Below are positions 60,653 through 64,000 of a stretch of 64,000 bases of DNA, piece by piece. Below the pieces are notes generated by a model. It was not told where the DNA came from, searched no databases, and saw nothing but the letters and a program-made list of their open reading frames with translations. The first letter of the stretch is position 1. Every line of letters starts with the position of its first letter. The position numbers and the translations under genes are program-made. Source of the stretch: an uncultured Flavobacteriales bacterium (lineage in GTDB: Bacteria; Bacteroidota; Bacteroidia; Flavobacteriales_C; GCA-002722245); NCBI GenBank assembly GCA_905182585.1, contig CAJJCC010000017.1:1873-65872 (forward strand), written 5' to 3'.

Positions 60653-62095
60653 ATGGCACAAGATTCAATCTGGAATTTCGACAATTCATACCTTTCTCTT
60701 CCTTCTGTATTTTTTTCAGAAACGAGTCCAACTGCAATATCTGATCCTGAATTATTACTTTACAATAGTAATTTAGCCAAACAATTAGGGTTAACCGAGC
60801 TAGCAAAAAACAAAGCCTATTTAACAGATGTTTTAGCCGGAAATCATGTACCGAAATCTACCACCTCGATTGCGCAAGCATACGGTGGACATCAATTCGG
60901 ACATTTTAACGTTTTGGGTGACGGTAGAGCCATATTAATTGGAGAAATAATAACGCCTTATGAAGAGCGTTTTGACATACAACTTAAAGGGAGCGGACAA
61001 ACGCCTTACTCCCGAAGAGGTGACGGAAGATCAACTCTATATTCCATGTTGCGTGAATACTTAATTAGCGAAGCAATGGCAGGATTAAACATCAGCACAA
61101 CGAGAAGTTTAGCCATTGTTAGAAGTGACGACCCCGTTTACCGCCAAACTGTTCAGCAAACAGGCGTTCTTACCCGAGTTGCAGAAAGTCATATTCGAGT
61201 AGGAACTTTTGAACTAGCTGTAAGAATGGGGAATCCCGATTTTATTAAAAAATTATTTAGCTATACTGCTGACAGGCATTACCCTGATGTATTCGACACC
61301 GAAAATCCTGCACTGAGTTTTTTACAAGAAGTGATCCAATCACAAATAAAATTGGTAAACGACTGGCTTAAAGTTGGATTTATTCACGGTGTGATGAATA
61401 CCGACAACATGAGTATCGCAGGTGAAACAATCGATTACGGTCCATGTGCTTTCATGAATCATTTCGATCCACTTACTGTTTATAGTTCTATAGATGAACA
61501 AGGACGATATGCTTACAGCAATCAATCAAAAATTGCAAAGTGGAATTTAATGCGATTAGCTGAAACCCTTTTACCGCTTATTCATTCCGATGAAAAAAAA
61601 TCGTTGGAACTCGCACAAAAAGAATTTGATCAATTTGATGAAAGCTTTCAAACCATTTGGAAAATTAATCACCTCGCAAAACTGGGAATTATAAAAGAGG
61701 AAGACGGCGATGAAGATTTATTAAACGAACTCTTCGCGTGGATGGAAACCGCTAAACCCGACTTTAACAATACTTTCCGCGGATTAGTTGATCCTCATTT
61801 ACATAACGAGCCTGTTTTTAACAATTCCGATTTTCAAACTTGGAAAGCTAAATGGCTACAAAGAGTAAGCTCGGTAGATAATTACGAAAACCTCCTCGAA
61901 GATTACAACCCGTCTGTAATTCCTAGAAACCATTTAGTAGAAGAAGCGCTAATACAAGCCAGCGAAGATGAAAACATGACTCCTTTTAACGAGTTACTAG
62001 CAAAACTACAATCCCCCTTCGAACATTACACTTCAGATAAATACCAACAACCTCCTTCATCCGAAAATGGTTATCAAACTTTTTGCGGGACTTGA
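60653..62095 (+). CDS. selO: Protein adenylyltransferase SelO (YdiU/UPF0061)
   Basis: 480 aa containing ..AQAYGGHQFGHFNVLGDGRAILIGE.., ..LKGSGQTPYSRRGDGR.. and ..HGVMNTDNMSI.., the hallmark SelO pseudokinase blocks. Confidence 0.88.
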   Translation: MAQDSIWNFDNSYLSLPSVFFSETSPTAISDPELLLYNSNLAKQLGLTELAKNKAYLTDVLAGNHVPKSTTSIAQAYGGHQFGHFNVLGDGRAILIGEIITPYEERFDIQLKGSGQTPYSRRGDGRSTLYSMLREYLISEAMAGLNISTTRSLAIVRSDDPVYRQTVQQTGVLTRVAESHIRVGTFELAVRMGNPDFIKKLFSYTADRHYPDVFDTENPALSFLQEVIQSQIKLVNDWLKVGFIHGVMNTDNMSIAGETIDYGPCAFMNHFDPLTVYSSIDEQGRYAYSNQSKIAKWNLMRLAETLLPLIHSDEKKSLELAQKEFDQFDESFQTIWKINHLAKLGIIKEEDGDEDLLNELFAWMETAKPDFNNTFRGLVDPHLHNEPVFNNSDFQTWKAKWLQRVSSVDNYENLLEDYNPSVIPRNHLVEEALIQASEDENMTPFNELLAKLQSPFEHYTSDKYQQPPSSENGYQTFCGT

Positions 62096-62155
62096 TTTTT
62101 GTTATATTTAAATATGTCTGTTAAATTTCTCTTCATCCCTTGAAAAAAAAACTTC

Positions 62156-62551
62156 ATGAAAAAAGTAGAAGTTGTTGCGGCTATATTAATAAATGACAAT
62201 AAAATACTTTGTGTCCAAAGAGCAGAAAGTAAATTACCATATATTTCAAAAAAGTTTGAATTTCCAGGAGGGAAAATTGAAACGGGTGAAACACAAAAAG
62301 AGGCTTTACAACGTGAATTAGTTGAAGAATTAGATATTAATGTCACGGTAGATGATCTATACCTAACCGTAAATCACCAATACCCTGATTTTGAATTAAC
62401 GATGCATAGTTTCATCGTTAACATTGAAAGCCGAAAACTTACTCTGAATGAACACATTGATCAAAAGTGGCTTTTAAAAGAAGAACTCACAGCTTTAGAT
62501 TGGGCAGCAGCAGATTTACCAATTGTTCATAAACTGATTAACAATGACTGA
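62156..62551 (+). CDS. MutT-like (deoxy)nucleoside triphosphate pyrophosphohydrolase (NUDIX)
   Basis: 131 aa with Nudix box GGKIETGETQKEALQRELVEELDI. The size and layout resemble 8-oxo-dGTPase/CTP pyrophosphohydrolase homologues. Confidence 0.75.
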   Translation: MKKVEVVAAILINDNKILCVQRAESKLPYISKKFEFPGGKIETGETQKEALQRELVEELDINVTVDDLYLTVNHQYPDFELTMHSFIVNIESRKLTLNEHIDQKWLLKEELTALDWAAADLPIVHKLINND

Positions 62552-64000
62552 TGATTTCCTTCAAGAGTTTAACCAAAGTCTTTTAACAGGATTTGTTGAT
62601 AAAGACGCCAATTCTGAAGTGCTTTTTCAACCAAAACTCCTTGTAAATAGCAAAAACCCTAAAAAAAAAGTATTAACCTCTATTCTAAAAGAGTTTAATA
62701 ACTGTGAATCATTTAAGATTTCTGTTGCATTTGTTACAACCGGTGGTGTTGCCACAATAATAAATACTTTACAAGCTCTTGAAGAAAAGAATATACAAGG
62801 TGAAGTTTTAGTTTCTCAATATCTAAACTTCACACAACCTGAAGCGCTTGAACGCCTACTTCAGTTTAAAAATATTGATTTAAGAATTGCGACAAAAAAC
62901 TCTTCACATTCAAAAGGGTATATTTTTAAAACTTCGAAATATTACAATTTAATAATTGGAAGTAGTAATCTTACTCAAAGTGCATTAGCATCTAATAAAG
63001 AATGGAACCTACAAGTTTCCGCACTTAAAACAAGTGACATAGCAGATAAAGTTATTTCTGAATTCAATAAAGACTTTGAAGTAAGTACTAAAGTTACCCA
63101 TGAGTATATATTAGCATACAGAGATATCTATTCCAAGCAAAGGCTATTATCTAAATCAGTAATTCCTATTCAATCAGAATTAAATCTTGAGCCGAATCAA
63201 ATGCAAAGTGAGGCATTGGATAACTTAAAAAAAATCCGAAAATCGAACAAGGACAAAGCTTTAATAATTTCAGCTACCGGAACGGGTAAAACCTATTTAG
63301 CTGCATTTGATGTAAAGCAATTTGCTCCAAAAAAAATCCTTTTTGTAGTTCACAGACTTAACATCGCAAAAACAGCAATGTCAACCTTTCAAAAAGTATT
63401 CGGACCATCAAAAAAAATGGGTTTATACTCAGGAAACCGAAGGGAGTTAGATAATGACTTCATCTTTTCAACGGTACAGACAATATCTAAGAAAGATCAT
63501 TTAGGAGCCTTTAAAAAAGATCATTTTGATTATATAATAATTGATGAATCTCATAGATCGGGTGCTCAATCATATCAAAATTTGATTGATTATTTCACAC
63601 CTAAATTCCTTTTAGGAATGACTGCTACCCCTGAAAGAACAGATGGAAACGACATTTTCAAACTATATGATTACAATATAGCTTATGAAATTCGACTAAA
63701 TCAGGCTATGGAAGAGGAAATGCTTAGCCCTTTTCATTATTATGGGGTTTCAGACTTAACTATCGATGATTCTCAAAAGGATGATTTAACTGAGTTTAAT
63801 TATTTAACCTCAGACGAGAGAGTTCTTCAAATTATAAATAAAGCCAATTTCTATGGTTCTGACAATGGAATTACTCGTGGATTAATCTTTTGTAACAGAA
63901 ATGAAGAAGCTCAAAAACTATCTGAAAAGCTGAATAAATCGGGACTAAGAACATTAGCTCTAAGTGGAAACAGCAGTGACGAAGAAAGAAGTTTAGCTAT
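62544..64000 (+). CDS. PLD-like nuclease domain fused to an SF2 (ResIII/DEAD-box type) helicase; N-terminal 485 codons only (runs off window end)
   Basis: Not in the track because no stop lies inside the window. The frame is open from ATG 62544 (MTDDFLQEFNQSLLTGFVDKD..). It carries the PLD HxK motif SSHSKGYIF..IIGSSNLTQSAL, helicase motif I SATGTGKT, motif II IIIDESH and motif III GMTATPER. The start overlaps the MutT-like gene by 8 nt. Confidence 0.75.
   Translation, partial: MTDDFLQEFNQSLLTGFVDKDANSEVLFQPKLLVNSKNPKKKVLTSILKEFNNCESFKISVAFVTTGGVATIINTLQALEEKNIQGEVLVSQYLNFTQPEALERLLQFKNIDLRIATKNSSHSKGYIFKTSKYYNLIIGSSNLTQSALASNKEWNLQVSALKTSDIADKVISEFNKDFEVSTKVTHEYILAYRDIYSKQRLLSKSVIPIQSELNLEPNQMQSEALDNLKKIRKSNKDKALIISATGTGKTYLAAFDVKQFAPKKILFVVHRLNIAKTAMSTFQKVFGPSKKMGLYSGNRRELDNDFIFSTVQTISKKDHLGAFKKDHFDYIIIDESHRSGAQSYQNLIDYFTPKFLLGMTATPERTDGNDIFKLYDYNIAYEIRLNQAMEEEMLSPFHYYGVSDLTIDDSQKDDLTEFNYLTSDERVLQIINKANFYGSDNGITRGLIFCNRNEEAQKLSEKLNKSGLRTLALSGNSSDEERSLA

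Overview
This is an AT-rich, gene-dense chromosomal segment with about 55 protein genes and one tRNA (tRNA-Glu). I saw no rRNA, CRISPR array, transposase or integrase. Gene content and order suggest a Bacteroidota genome, probably Flavobacteriia-like (inference only). The supporting evidence is atpBEFHAG ending in a terminator with no atpDC, rsfS-ftsH-cdsA, a GH57/GT4/debranching-enzyme/pgi glycogen cluster, lpxK and lpxH, and TTG-N18-20-TAnnTTTG promoter-like boxes. Most genes are housekeeping and lie on the minus strand in tightly coupled operons with 1-17 nt overlaps.

The observations most worth a second look are:
1. A five-gene, translationally coupled cassette: ppk1, a membrane-anchored SGNH hydrolase, a NodU/CmcH carbamoyltransferase, a 49-codon SxtK/DUF5989-like ORF missing from the supplied track, and an SxtJ-like membrane protein. 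Its substrate is unknown.
2. A 328-nt element with 28-nt imperfect inverted repeats, abutting a stop codon.
3. Terminator-like hairpins with U-runs 12-14 nt upstream of the ilvB and rpsT start codons, which implies attenuation or processing.
4. A radC-wecB-deacetylase-like-GNAT/FemAB-like coupled operon.
5. A PLD-nuclease/SF2-helicase fusion that overlaps a MutT-like gene and is truncated by the window end.
6. Decayed DNA: a DUF559 pseudogene and a 1.2-kb gene-free stretch containing a G9 tract.

I found no unambiguous new system. The carbamoyltransferase cassette is the best candidate. All family assignments come from motif recognition by eye, not from searches.
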